A stretch of 64,000 nt of DNA from an uncultured Peptococcaceae bacterium (GTDB lineage Bacteria; Bacillota; Peptococcia; Peptococcales; Peptococcaceae). This document shows, in pieces, positions 1-8,946 of the stretch; positions within the stretch are counted from its first letter, which is position 1, and every line of letters begins with the position of its first letter. Made by a program: the position numbers and the translations under genes. The notes under the pieces are model-generated. The model searched no databases, was not told where the DNA came from, and saw nothing but the letters and a program-made list of their open reading frames with translations. The DNA lies in contig CAKQDL010000003.1 in assembly GCA_934229395.1 (NCBI GenBank), positions 932-64,931 on the forward strand, read 5' to 3'.

Positions 1-2394
1 TTCATCAGAAAGGTTCTTGGATGGTAAAATGCAGGCTGAGTCGCCAGAGTGAATACCGGCTAGTTCAATATGCTCCATCACAGCCGGTACAAAGCAATTT
101 TCACCATCACTAATTGCATCAGCTTCACATTCCATAGCGTGATTTAGGAAACGGTCAATGAGAATTGGTCTGTCTGGAGTAACACCTACCGCTGCGGACA
201 TATAGACGCGCATCATTTCATCGTCATGGACGATTTCCATGCCGCGACCGCCGAGAACATAAGAAGGACGAACCATTACAGGATAACCAATACGGTTGGC
301 GATTTCGAGCGCTTCATCAACATTGACAGCCATACCAGATTCTGGCATTGGAATTTCAAGACGTTCCATCATATCACGGAAATGATCGCGGTCCTCTGCA
401 AGGTCGATGGTTTCAGGCGTGGTGCCAAGAATGCAAACGCCGTTTTCCTTTAGTGCAGAAGCAAGGTTCAATGGTGTTTGACCACCAAACTGTGCGATAA
501 CACCAACCGGTTGTTCCTTTTCATAGATGCTAAGAACATCTTCGAGAGTAAGCGGCTCGAAGTAGAGCTTGTCAGAAGTGTCGTAGTCAGTAGAAACTGT
601 TTCAGGGTTGCAGTTAACAATAATAGACTCAAAGCCCATTTCTTTTAGAGCCAAAGCCGCGTGAACACAGCAGTAGTCGAATTCAATACCTTGACCAATT
701 CTGTTAGGGCCACCGCCTAGAATCATAACCTTAGGTTTATCGGTATTAACAGGGCTGTTGTCTTTATCCAAATGATAGGTAGAGTAGTAGTAAGCCGCAT
801 CTTCAGTACCGCTTACATGAATGCCCTCCCATGCTTCGCGAATATCAGCAGCATAACGTGCATTGCGAATGGCATCTTCAGGAACTCCGAGAAGCTGAGA
901 GAGATAACGGTCGCTAAAACCATCTAACTTTGCTTGTTTTAATACATTTGTTTCCGGAACTTGACCTTTTAAGGAAAGTAAGGCATTTTCTTCTTGAACC
1001 AATTCGAGCATTTGTTCAAGGAAGTAGTGCTTGATTTTTGTTAATTCATAGATTTCTTCTACAGTTGCCCCCTTGCGTAATGCTTCATACATGATGAATT
1101 GACGTTCGCTAGAAGGTGTGCGAAGCATAGCTAACAACTCTTCTTTAGATAGCTCATTGAAGTTTTTTGCAAAGCCAAGGCCATAACGGCCAATTTCCAA
1201 GCTGCGAATAGCTTTTTGGAAGGCTTCCTTGTATGTTTTGCCAATACTCATAACTTCGCCTACAGCACGCATTTGAGTTCCGAGCTTATCCTCAGAGCCT
1301 TTGAATTTTTCGAAGGCCCAACGTGCAAATTTGATAACGATATAATCTCCGCCTGGAGTATATTTATCTAGAGTGCCACACTTTCCGCATGGAATTTCGT
1401 CAAGGGTAAGACCGCAAGCGAGCATCGCAGATACAAGCGCAATTGGAAAACCTGTAGCTTTGGATGCGAGAGCAGAGGAGCGGGAGGTGCGCGGATTGAT
1501 TTCTATAACTACAATTCTATCGGTTACAGGATCGTGAGCGAATTGGCAGTTGCATCCGCCAATAACTTCAATTGCCTCTACAATACGATAGGAATAATCT
1601 TGAAGACGAGCTTGAACCTCTTCAGAGATGGTGAGCATTGGTGCTGAGCAGAAAGAATCGCCAGTATGAACGCCGAGTGGGTCGATGTTTTCGATGAAGC
1701 AGACAGTAATAACCTGGCCTTTTGCATCGCGAACAACTTCTAGTTCTAATTCTTCCCAACCGGTAATACATTCTTCAATAAGCACTTGACCAACGAGGCT
1801 TGCTTGAAGGCCGCGCGCGCAGACCACTTTTAGTTCGTCGATATTGTATACAATGCCGCCGCCAGCACCACCCATGGTATAGGCTGGGCGCAAAACAACT
1901 GGATAATGAAGCTCTTCGGCAATTTCCAAGGCTTCCTCAACACTGTAGGCAACCTGGCTTTTTGCCATTTCAATGCCGAGTTTATCCATTGTTTTTTTAA
2001 ATTCAATGCGGTCTTCGCCACGTTCAATGGCGTCGACTTGAACACCAATAACCTTTACGTTGTATTTGTCCAATACACCTGCTTCAGAAAGTTCAGAGCA
2101 GAGGTTGAGCCCGGATTGGCCACCAAGATTTGGCAAAAGGGCGTCTGGTCGTTCTTTGTCGATGATTTGCGTAAGACGTTCCAAGTTGAGTGGTTCGATG
2201 TAAGTGATATCAGCAGTATCAGGGTCGGTCATAATTGTTGCAGGATTTGAGTTAACAAGAACAATTTCATAACCGAGTTGACGTAACGCTTTGCAAGCTT
2301 GGGTACCGGAATAGTCAAATTCACATGCCTGACCAATAATAATAGGGCCAGAACCGATAATCATAATTTTATTGATATCTTCTTTTTTTGGCAT
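1..2394 (-). CDS. carB: carbamoyl-phosphate synthase large subunit, first ~798 aa (3' end runs off the window)
   Basis: Missing from the ORF track because it is open at the window edge. My translation from the ATG (complement of 2392-2394) reads MPKKEDINKIMIIGSGPIIIGQACEFDYSGTQACKALRQLGYEIVLVNSNPATIMTD. The second ATP-grasp half starts KVMILGGGPNRIGQGIEFDYCCVH. An AAGGGAGA RBS lies upstream. Confidence 0.93.
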   Translation of the reverse strand, partial: MPKKEDINKIMIIGSGPIIIGQACEFDYSGTQACKALRQLGYEIVLVNSNPATIMTDPDTADITYIEPLNLERLTQIIDKERPDALLPNLGGQSGLNLCSELSEAGVLDKYNVKVIGVQVDAIERGEDRIEFKKTMDKLGIEMAKSQVAYSVEEALEIAEELHYPVVLRPAYTMGGAGGGIVYNIDELKVVCARGLQASLVGQVLIEECITGWEELELEVVRDAKGQVITVCFIENIDPLGVHTGDSFCSAPMLTISEEVQARLQDYSYRIVEAIEVIGGCNCQFAHDPVTDRIVVIEINPRTSRSSALASKATGFPIALVSAMLACGLTLDEIPCGKCGTLDKYTPGGDYIVIKFARWAFEKFKGSEDKLGTQMRAVGEVMSIGKTYKEAFQKAIRSLEIGRYGLGFAKNFNELSKEELLAMLRTPSSERQFIMYEALRKGATVEEIYELTKIKHYFLEQMLELVQEENALLSLKGQVPETNVLKQAKLDGFSDRYLSQLLGVPEDAIRNARYAADIREAWEGIHVSGTEDAAYYYSTYHLDKDNSPVNTDKPKVMILGGGPNRIGQGIEFDYCCVHAALALKEMGFESIIVNCNPETVSTDYDTSDKLYFEPLTLEDVLSIYEKEQPVGVIAQFGGQTPLNLASALKENGVCILGTTPETIDLAEDRDHFRDMMERLEIPMPESGMAVNVDEALEIANRIGYPVMVRPSYVLGGRGMEIVHDDEMMRVYMSAAVGVTPDRPILIDRFLNHAMECEADAISDGENCFVPAVMEHIELAGIHSGDSACILPSKNLSDE

Positions 2395-2538
2395 AGCTAT
2401 CTCCCTTGTGTCATATATTCAGAAGAAAATCTGTCTAATATATGCGCTTGGTTTTCAAAAAGCGCATTCTTCATATCATTTTATAACAAGTCATAAATGT
2501 GGTCAATAGTGGGCTTAGTGAAGTCTAAATAACAACTT

Positions 2539-2567
2539 TTGACCTGTTTTACATGTCATGTTATACT
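2539..2567 (+). promoter_or_regulatory. sigma-70 type promoter for the CBS / ThrE / ferredoxin operon
   Basis: TTGACC (2539-2544), 17-nt spacer, TATACT (2562-2567), about 55 nt upstream of the 2621 start codon. Confidence 0.55.
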
Positions 2568-2620
2568 AATTTTGATCAGCAGAGTTTTTGACTCTGTTTA
2601 ATAGGTAAGGAGGAATTGCT

Positions 2621-3121
2621 ATGTTACTCAAAGAGATTATGACCAAGGATGTACTTACGCTTTCACCAAACGATTCATTAGAGACAGCCGCAAAATTATT
2701 GGTCGAGAATGGTGTAAGCGGTGCGCCCGTTATTGATGCGTTTAGCAACGTAATCGGGATGCTTACAGAAGGTGATTTGGTGCGACAACAGAAGCCTATT
2801 ACCAAACCTATTTTTTTAATGTTTTTGGATAGTGCATTTCCAATTAATTTTAAGATGATTAACAAGGATTTAGAAGCCATGACTGCGACGAAGGTGAGTC
2901 AGCTTATGACAAAAGATGTAATTTCGTTGCATGAGTACGATGAAGTTGCAGAGGCTGCAGAATATATGATTGAAAAAAATATCAATCGTGTTCCGATTAT
3001 AAATGATGATGGACAGCTTTTGGGAATCGTTACACGTCATGATATTGTCAGAGCTGCTTACTTAGAAGCGCACAATCAAGACGAAACAAGCGGAGTGAGT
3101 CAAGAACAAGAGCATGAATGA
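2621..3121 (+). CDS. stand-alone CBS-pair domain protein
   Basis: Two CBS repeats (IMTKDVLTLSPNDSLETAAKLLVENGVSGAPVID and LMTKDVISLHEYDEVAEAAEYMIEKNINRVPIIND). Strong RBS TAAGGAGGA. Confidence 0.85.
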   Translation: MLLKEIMTKDVLTLSPNDSLETAAKLLVENGVSGAPVIDAFSNVIGMLTEGDLVRQQKPITKPIFLMFLDSAFPINFKMINKDLEAMTATKVSQLMTKDVISLHEYDEVAEAAEYMIEKNINRVPIINDDGQLLGIVTRHDIVRAAYLEAHNQDETSGVSQEQEHE

Positions 3122-3893
3122 AAAATATAATTATCAGTTGGCATTAAAAATGGCCGCGATGTTAGGTGTTCGCCTAATGGGTAGTGGTGCAGAAATATAC
3201 CGTGTGGAAGAATCTATGCACCATGTGCTTAAAGCTTACGGCGTTAAACGTGTGGATGCATATGTTACGCCAAACATGTTGATGATAACTATTGAAACTG
3301 AGGATGAAAAATCCTATACAAAGATGAGACGTGTTTATCATAGTGATCCAAATTTTGAGCGACTCGCAAAATTGAACGATTTTTCAAGAAGAATATCCGT
3401 GCAGCCGATTCCAATCAAAGATGCTATTGCTGAGTTGGATGAAATTGATCATACAAAGAACTACTCCATGCCAGTTATTTGGATAAGCTATTGTCTTTCG
3501 GCGGCTGGTTTTTGTGTAATGGTTGGTGGCAGTCTTTATGATGGATTGGTGGCGATGATATGTGTGCTTTTGGCACGTATTGTTTGTTTTCCTATGGATG
3601 TATACCATGCAAATAGCTTTTTTATAACAGCAGTTGCAAGTTTTATTCATAATACTGTTGCGTTTGCATTTGCAGAAATGTTTTCGGTCCTGCAAGTGAA
3701 TACCATCGTTACAGGGACGCTTATGATGCTTTTTCCAGGAGTTGCTTTTATGACCGCAATTCGGGATGTTATAGCACGTGATTTAAACTCGGGGATGATA
3801 GAAATGCTTCAGGCCGTTGTAGTAGCTTGTGCTATTGCCGTGGGTACTGCTATGGCGTATGGTTTGTTTCCTGCGATTGTGAGGCTTATATGA
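3114..3893 (+). CDS. threonine/serine exporter family protein, ThrE N-terminal type (DUF1212, YjjP-like)
   Basis: Soluble N-terminal part (GAEIYRVEESM motif) followed by multiple TM segments. The start overlaps the CBS stop codon. Confidence 0.75.
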   Translation: MNEKYNYQLALKMAAMLGVRLMGSGAEIYRVEESMHHVLKAYGVKRVDAYVTPNMLMITIETEDEKSYTKMRRVYHSDPNFERLAKLNDFSRRISVQPIPIKDAIAELDEIDHTKNYSMPVIWISYCLSAAGFCVMVGGSLYDGLVAMICVLLARIVCFPMDVYHANSFFITAVASFIHNTVAFAFAEMFSVLQVNTIVTGTLMMLFPGVAFMTAIRDVIARDLNSGMIEMLQAVVVACAIAVGTAMAYGLFPAIVRLI

Positions 3894-4354
3894 TGACGTA
3901 TTTAGGCGCTTTTGTTGCGTCTTTATTCTACGCTGTATTATATAATACTAGAGGTTGGCTTTTGGTGCATTGTGCTTTTTGCGGACTCTTAGGAATGATT
4001 GTCTTTAATATGCTTCAAGGCCATAATATAGTTATACAGTTTTTACTCCCAACCATTGTTATGTGTTTATATGCAGAGGTTCTCGCGCGTGTTTGCAAAG
4101 TTCCGGTAATGGTTATTACAACGATAGGCATTTTGCCAATTGTGCCAGGTGCAGGTGTTTATAATACAATCGATAGCTTATTAAATAGCCATATGGATGA
4201 ATGTTATTCATATGGCATTAATACGTTGCTTTCAGCTGGTGCAATGGCACTTGGTTTGGTTTTGGTTTCGTCTTTTGTGAGACTGATTAAAACTATTAGA
4301 CGACAACTACCACTCGGGAAGAAAGATAGAAAATCGTTTGTACGGATGCGTTAA
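3890..4354 (+). CDS. threonine/serine exporter family protein, small membrane subunit (DUF3815, YjjB-like)
   Basis: Hydrophobic 154-aa protein. I place the start at the ATG at 3890, which forms an ATGA overlap with the upstream stop and follows GAGG. The track start at 3827 is probably too far upstream. Confidence 0.7.
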   Translation: MMTYLGAFVASLFYAVLYNTRGWLLVHCAFCGLLGMIVFNMLQGHNIVIQFLLPTIVMCLYAEVLARVCKVPVMVITTIGILPIVPGAGVYNTIDSLLNSHMDECYSYGINTLLSAGAMALGLVLVSSFVRLIKTIRRQLPLGKKDRKSFVRMR

Positions 4355-4377
4355 TATTGCGCCAGAAGGAGGATACA

Positions 4378-5454
4378 GTGAAGATTGATGAATTAATAAA
4401 TATCGCGAAACCAGTAAAATTACATGCGAATAGATGCATTCAATCATTCTCCTTTCGGGCAACTTGTAAACAGTGCGTACAAATATGTCCGGATCACTCT
4501 ATAGCAATGATAGAGAACCATATTGATGTTCATAGCTGTGTCGGATGTGGAAAATGCGTTCAGGTTTGTAATCACGATGTTTTTGAAATGGATTTTCCTA
4601 GTGTTTTGCAAAGTGACACAAAAGGCTTTTTGATTTTGTGTTGCAAAAAGGAAGGGCTTATTGATTTGCCTGTTGTTCAATGTGACTGCTTAAATCAATT
4701 TACCTTTCTACAGCTCGCCTTGATGGTACGACATTTCGGAAAAATATATTTATATCATGATGAGAAAACCTGTATACATTGTCAAAATATGTGGTTCCCA
4801 AATGGTCAAATAGAGTTGATGAAAAGATATGGCTTAGAGGCATATGCTTCAAAGATTATTATTTTAAATAATCAAGAAGACTTGAAGAAATTCGTTGCGC
4901 ATGAAGGCCTAGACATCAATCAAAGAAGATCGTTTATTCAGAATCAATTTAAAGGCTTGAAGTCAATAACCTTAAAATATGCTAAAGAAACAGCAGATGC
5001 TTATGTTTCTGCTGTCGGTGAATCATTGTCAACAAAGTCTCAGTCCTTTGAAAAAGCACAAGCGCATGCTATGCTCTTATCAGAATTATATAGTGAATCG
5101 GACACTAAGGAAGATGAATGCATTCCGCTTAAGAAGCTTTCTAATAGCGCCTGCCGATATTGTCATATTTGCGAAAAACTTTGTCCGTGGGATGCAATTG
5201 CGATTGTTGAAGAAGAGGGGAAGGCGGTGTTAGCGCACCATGATGTCCTGTGTGCTAGGTGCGGTTTGTGTATAGATTTATGCCCGGAAAAAGGGCTTCT
5301 TTGGACACAAGGATTACAGGTAAAAGATGTAAAAACGCCTCGGTGGCGCATTTTAAATGAAGCTGAGGCGGCAACGTGCGAATGCTGTGGCGAATTATTT
5401 TATCCAACAAAAGAAAAACAAACAATATGTAGTTTTTGTACGAACAAGAAATGA
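4378..5454 (+). CDS. multi-cluster 4Fe-4S ferredoxin-domain protein with a C-terminal Cys4 ribbon, function unknown
   Basis: Cluster motifs CKQCVQICP, CVGCGKCVQVC, CRYCHICEKLCP and CARCGLCIDLCP, plus a terminal CECCG-x13-CSFC. A GTG start at 4378 sits 6 nt after AGGAGGA and is preferred over the TTG at 4357. Confidence 0.75.
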   Translation: MKIDELINIAKPVKLHANRCIQSFSFRATCKQCVQICPDHSIAMIENHIDVHSCVGCGKCVQVCNHDVFEMDFPSVLQSDTKGFLILCCKKEGLIDLPVVQCDCLNQFTFLQLALMVRHFGKIYLYHDEKTCIHCQNMWFPNGQIELMKRYGLEAYASKIIILNNQEDLKKFVAHEGLDINQRRSFIQNQFKGLKSITLKYAKETADAYVSAVGESLSTKSQSFEKAQAHAMLLSELYSESDTKEDECIPLKKLSNSACRYCHICEKLCPWDAIAIVEEEGKAVLAHHDVLCARCGLCIDLCPEKGLLWTQGLQVKDVKTPRWRILNEAEAATCECCGELFYPTKEKQTICSFCTNKK

Positions 5455-5456
5455 AA

Positions 5457-5496
5457 AAGGCATTATCTCATTGTTCAGAGATAATGCCTTTTGAAA
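5457..5496. terminator. bidirectional rho-independent terminator between convergent genes
   Basis: 13-bp perfect stem AAGGCATTATCTC / GAGATAATGCCTT, flanked by an A-run and a T-run. Confidence 0.8.
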
Positions 5497-5508
5497 TTTT
5501 ATGATAAA

Positions 5509-6222
5509 TTACTGCATATTAGTATAAACGTTTTGGATATCATCATCATTTTCCAAAGCATTCATCAATTTTTCCATGCTGGTTTTCTTTTCGTCAGGAA
5601 CTTCGGTGTATGTAGAAGGAAGCATGGTGATTTCACCGGAAATAAGAGGAATATTGTTGGTTTCTAAAGCTTCGCGAACAGCAACATAATCTTCAGGAGC
5701 TGTGATGATTTCGTAGTAGGTATCTTCAGAAGCAAAATCTTCTGCGCCAGCTTCCAATGCCATTTCCATTAGTTCATCTTCACTGATTGGGCATGCTTCG
5801 TGATCTACAGCGAGTGCACCTTTTCGTTCAAACATAAAGCTAACGCAACCAGCAGTACCGAGATTACCACCAAATTTGTCCAAGTGATGACGTACGTTAC
5901 CAGCAGTACGATTTTTATTATCTGTTAAGCATTCAATGATAATAGCGACGCCAGCAGGACCGTATCCTTCGTATGTGATGTGCTCATAGTTTTCACCATC
6001 AGTGGCGCCAATCCCTTTTTTGATAGCACGATTAATGTTATCATTAGGCATGTTGTCGGCCTTGGCTTTATCAATAGCAAGCTTTAATGCAGCGTTATAT
6101 GCAGGATCACCGCCACCAGAACGAGCAGCAACAGTAATGTTGCGAGCATGTTTGGTGAATGCGCTAGAACGCAAGCTGTCCATTTTGTTCTTTTTACCTT
6201 CGATATTATGAATACGACCCAT
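5509..6222 (-). CDS. yebC: YebC/PmpR family DNA-binding transcriptional regulator
   Basis: FTKHARNITVAARSGGGDPAYNAALKLAIDKAKADNMPNDNINRAIKKG is typical of the family. RBS AAGGAGAG. Confidence 0.9.
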   Translation of the reverse strand: MGRIHNIEGKKNKMDSLRSSAFTKHARNITVAARSGGGDPAYNAALKLAIDKAKADNMPNDNINRAIKKGIGATDGENYEHITYEGYGPAGVAIIIECLTDNKNRTAGNVRHHLDKFGGNLGTAGCVSFMFERKGALAVDHEACPISEDELMEMALEAGAEDFASEDTYYEIITAPEDYVAVREALETNNIPLISGEITMLPSTYTEVPDEKKTSMEKLMNALENDDDIQNVYTNMQ

Positions 6223-6308
6223 TAAAATCTCTCCTTAATTATATTTTGCGCACTTTCCATTATAGTATTGTAGAACAAAATTTTCAAGAAGAAAGGGAAG
6301 AAAAAATT

Positions 6309-6812
6309 ATGATTAAATTTGAAAAAATAACAGAAAGCCAGTATTTGAAAGACTATATCAATAAAATCGAAGATTGTGCAAATAAAGCAAGTTCTGTATA
6401 TCGTGAAATCGTATTACCAAGGCGTTCAACAAAAGGCTCTGCAGGGTACGATTTTTTTGCACCGTATGATTTTGTTTTAAGACCTGGCGAACAAATAACA
6501 GTTTTAACGGGGATAAAAGTGCTGATGCCTTATGGCGTAGTGTTAATTATTGCGCCTAGAAGTGGCCAAGGTATACGCTATAAGCTGCAATTGATGAATA
6601 CTCTTGGCGTAATTGACGCAGACTACAGTGAAGCGGAAAACGAAGGTCATATCATGATTGCGCTCTTTAATGATTCACCTAATGGAGCCCATTTAGAAGT
6701 AAAAAAAGGGCAGGCTTTTGCCCAAGGCGTATTTTTGCCACATTATCTTACCGATGAAGATAAGGCTTGCGAACAAAGAACAGGAGGCTTTGGCAGCACA
6801 GATGATAGATAG
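6309..6812 (+). CDS. dut: dUTP diphosphatase (trimeric dUTPase)
   Basis: Motifs SAGYDF, PRSG, GVIDADY and GGFGST. The ATG at 6309 (MIKFEKI) is preferred over the TTG at 6246. Confidence 0.88.
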   Translation: MIKFEKITESQYLKDYINKIEDCANKASSVYREIVLPRRSTKGSAGYDFFAPYDFVLRPGEQITVLTGIKVLMPYGVVLIIAPRSGQGIRYKLQLMNTLGVIDADYSEAENEGHIMIALFNDSPNGAHLEVKKGQAFAQGVFLPHYLTDEDKACEQRTGGFGSTDDR

Positions 6813-7153
6813 ATCACTTAATTTTCAGAAGTTAACATAATGCCAATTATGCGAAGTTTCATCCATGCTTAAATTACACAAAAAAACCTTACGCAAAACG
6901 TCATTTTCGGGATATCGTTTATAGTTATTAAGTGATGATTTGTTTCAATATTTATTATAGCGTTTTATTGAGAATGAAAGTTAATGTATCCTCTTTTTAT
7001 GAATTGCTTTGTGTATAATTATGCAGAAATAATGGAAGATATTTTTTGCGCTTCAGTTTGGCATCAAACCCCTCCTCTCGTCACCGTCGTAGAGGAAAAG
7101 AAAAGTTTGAAAGTAATATAAAGGATATATTCCCATCGAAATCAGCGAAGAAC

Positions 7154-7200
7154 AAAAAAACTCTGCTTCGGTTTGTTGCGAATCCGAAACAGAGTTTTTT
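7154..7200. terminator. rho-independent terminator downstream of the ylbF/ymcA-like gene, with bidirectional architecture
   Basis: Stem CTCTGCTTCGG / CCGAAACAGAG (7161-7194), flanked by A7 and T6 runs. Confidence 0.8.
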
Positions 7201-7209
7201 ACTTTTTAA

Positions 7210-7617
7210 TTAGTGGCTGCCACAAGAGCTGCAGCAATCGTTTTCACCGCAGTTTCCTGCAGTTGAGCAGGAGCTGCAACCACCGCCATTGTTGTCGTTG
7301 AGAGCGCTGGAGATAATCATGTTTACAGATTCAAGAACTTGATTCAATTCTTGGTTTGCGTTCATGTATTGCATAATTACTTCGTTTTCTTGCATTTTTT
7401 GTTCCAAATCTGCAAGTTGTGCTTTCTTTTCTTCGTCGAGTTGTTCGTATGGGATGCCAGCATTAATAGCGTCCATTTGAATTTGTTGATAGGTTTCGAC
7501 GATTTGGCGGGCTGGAAGGTCGATAAGCATCTTTAATTCTGCTTCTTTAACCTTACGTAGTTCATCACTTGCTGCAATTTCATCAGCTAAAGCTTTTGCT
7601 TTGTCATAAATACTCAT
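7210..7617 (-). CDS. YlbF/YmcA (RicF/RicA) family regulatory protein with a Cys-rich C-terminal tail
   Basis: Helical N-terminal part (MSIYDKAKALADEIAASDELRKVKEAE) typical of the Com_YlbF family. The tail GGGCSSCSTAGNCGENDCCSSCGSH has 7 Cys. It lies directly downstream of miaB, as ymcA does in Bacillus subtilis. Confidence 0.7.
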   Translation of the reverse strand: MSIYDKAKALADEIAASDELRKVKEAELKMLIDLPARQIVETYQQIQMDAINAGIPYEQLDEEKKAQLADLEQKMQENEVIMQYMNANQELNQVLESVNMIISSALNDNNGGGCSSCSTAGNCGENDCCSSCGSH

Positions 7618-7623
7618 TCTGTT

Positions 7624-8946
7624 CTATTCCTCCAATTTTCCTTTTAATATCCACGTTTGAGTCGTGGTTATTAGCACATTTACAAATTGCCCTACAAGGG
7701 CTTCATTTCCAGCAAATACAACAGTCTTTCCTGTATCAGTTCTGCCACTAAGCATATTATCGTCGTTTTTGCTGATTCCTTCAACCAAAACTTCCAAAGT
7801 TTTGCCTTCATATTTTTTATTATGATGGGCACTCCATTTTGATAGTTCGGTATTAAGACGCTGTAGGCGTTCTTTCTTTTCCTCTAAAGAAGTTGGATCT
7901 TCAAATTTTGCGGCAGCTGTTCCTGGCCTTTTTGAGTAGATAAAAGAAAAGGCGTTGTCGAATTGGACTTCATTTACAAGATTTAAAGTATCCTGGAAGT
8001 CTTCTTCTGTTTCTCCCGGAAAACCAACGATAATATCTGTTGTAATAGCTGCATCTGGAATTTTAGCATGAATGGCATCAATAATTTCCATATAATGCTC
8101 ACGCGTATATTTACGATTCATTTTTTGAAGCACATCATTAGAACCGGATTGCACCGGAAGATGCAAAGAATGGCAAATATGTTTGCTGTTTTTTATGACA
8201 TCTATGAGTTCTAAGGAAAAATCCTTTGGATGAGATGTCATGAAACGCACACGTTTGATGCCCTCAATTTCATCGACTTCCCTAAGAAGCGTCGCAAAAC
8301 TAACTGGTTCGTCAAAGTCATTGCCGTATGAATCTACATTTTGTCCGAGAAGCATGATTTCAACGGCACCATCTTGAACCAAGGTGCGTACTTCATTTAG
8401 GATATCTTCTTTTTTGCGGCTGCGTTCGCGGCCGCGAACATACGGAACAATGCAATAGGTGCAAAAATTATTGCAACCATACATGATATTGACAAAGCCC
8501 TTAAACGGAAATGCTCTGCTTGCAGGCAATGTCAAATCTGGGCTAGAGTCTTCTTCTACAATTTCAATAACGCTTTGTCCAGTTGCTTCAATTTTTTCCA
8601 GATATTCTGGTAGCTTGTTCATGTTGTTTGTTCCAAACATAAGGGAAACGTATGGACAAGCGTGAAGAATTTTCGGCACAATGTTCTTTTGCTGAATCAT
8701 ACAGCCGCATACACCAATGATAAGATTTGGTTTAATTTTCTTATATTTTTTTAGCTCGCCGAGCATACTTAAAACTTTGCTTTCTGCTTTTTCGCGAATG
8801 CAACAGGTGTTAAGTAGGATGAAATCAGCGTCGGCTATATCATCTGTAGCAATATAAAAACGTTCCTCTAATAGACCGGCCATGATTTCAGAGTCGTGCT
8901 CATTCATTTGGCATCCAAAGGTTTGAATAAAGTACTTTTTGTACAT
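7624..8946 (-). CDS. miaB: tRNA (N6-isopentenyl adenosine(37)-C2)-methylthiotransferase
   Basis: N-terminus YFIQTFGCQMNEHDSE, radical SAM motif CNNFCTYC, C-terminal TRAM domain. Confidence 0.92.
   Translation of the reverse strand: MYKKYFIQTFGCQMNEHDSEIMAGLLEERFYIATDDIADADFILLNTCCIREKAESKVLSMLGELKKYKKIKPNLIIGVCGCMIQQKNIVPKILHACPYVSLMFGTNNMNKLPEYLEKIEATGQSVIEIVEEDSSPDLTLPASRAFPFKGFVNIMYGCNNFCTYCIVPYVRGRERSRKKEDILNEVRTLVQDGAVEIMLLGQNVDSYGNDFDEPVSFATLLREVDEIEGIKRVRFMTSHPKDFSLELIDVIKNSKHICHSLHLPVQSGSNDVLQKMNRKYTREHYMEIIDAIHAKIPDAAITTDIIVGFPGETEEDFQDTLNLVNEVQFDNAFSFIYSKRPGTAAAKFEDPTSLEEKKERLQRLNTELSKWSAHHNKKYEGKTLEVLVEGISKNDDNMLSGRTDTGKTVVFAGNEALVGQFVNVLITTTQTWILKGKLEE

Noticed and set aside
3827-3889. 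Upstream extension of the ThrE small-subunit ORF. Similar extended track starts occur at 4357, 6246, 28528, 29170, 29380, 31404, 32731, 34988, 35591, 37459, 56010, 58278, 59472 and 62280.
   Set aside because: In each case the extension overlaps the preceding gene or lacks an RBS. An internal ATG or GTG with a good Shine-Dalgarno reproduces the conserved N-terminus of the family.
7053-7079. Mini-ORF ATG-CCA-AAC-TGA (MPN) on the minus strand, behind a strong GAGGAGGGG Shine-Dalgarno-like element.
   Set aside because: It sits downstream of the strong terminator of the preceding operon, and no gene follows on that strand. The SD-like string is more simply the complement of the C-rich element noted in the orphan-gap finding. 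There is no evidence for leader-peptide function.
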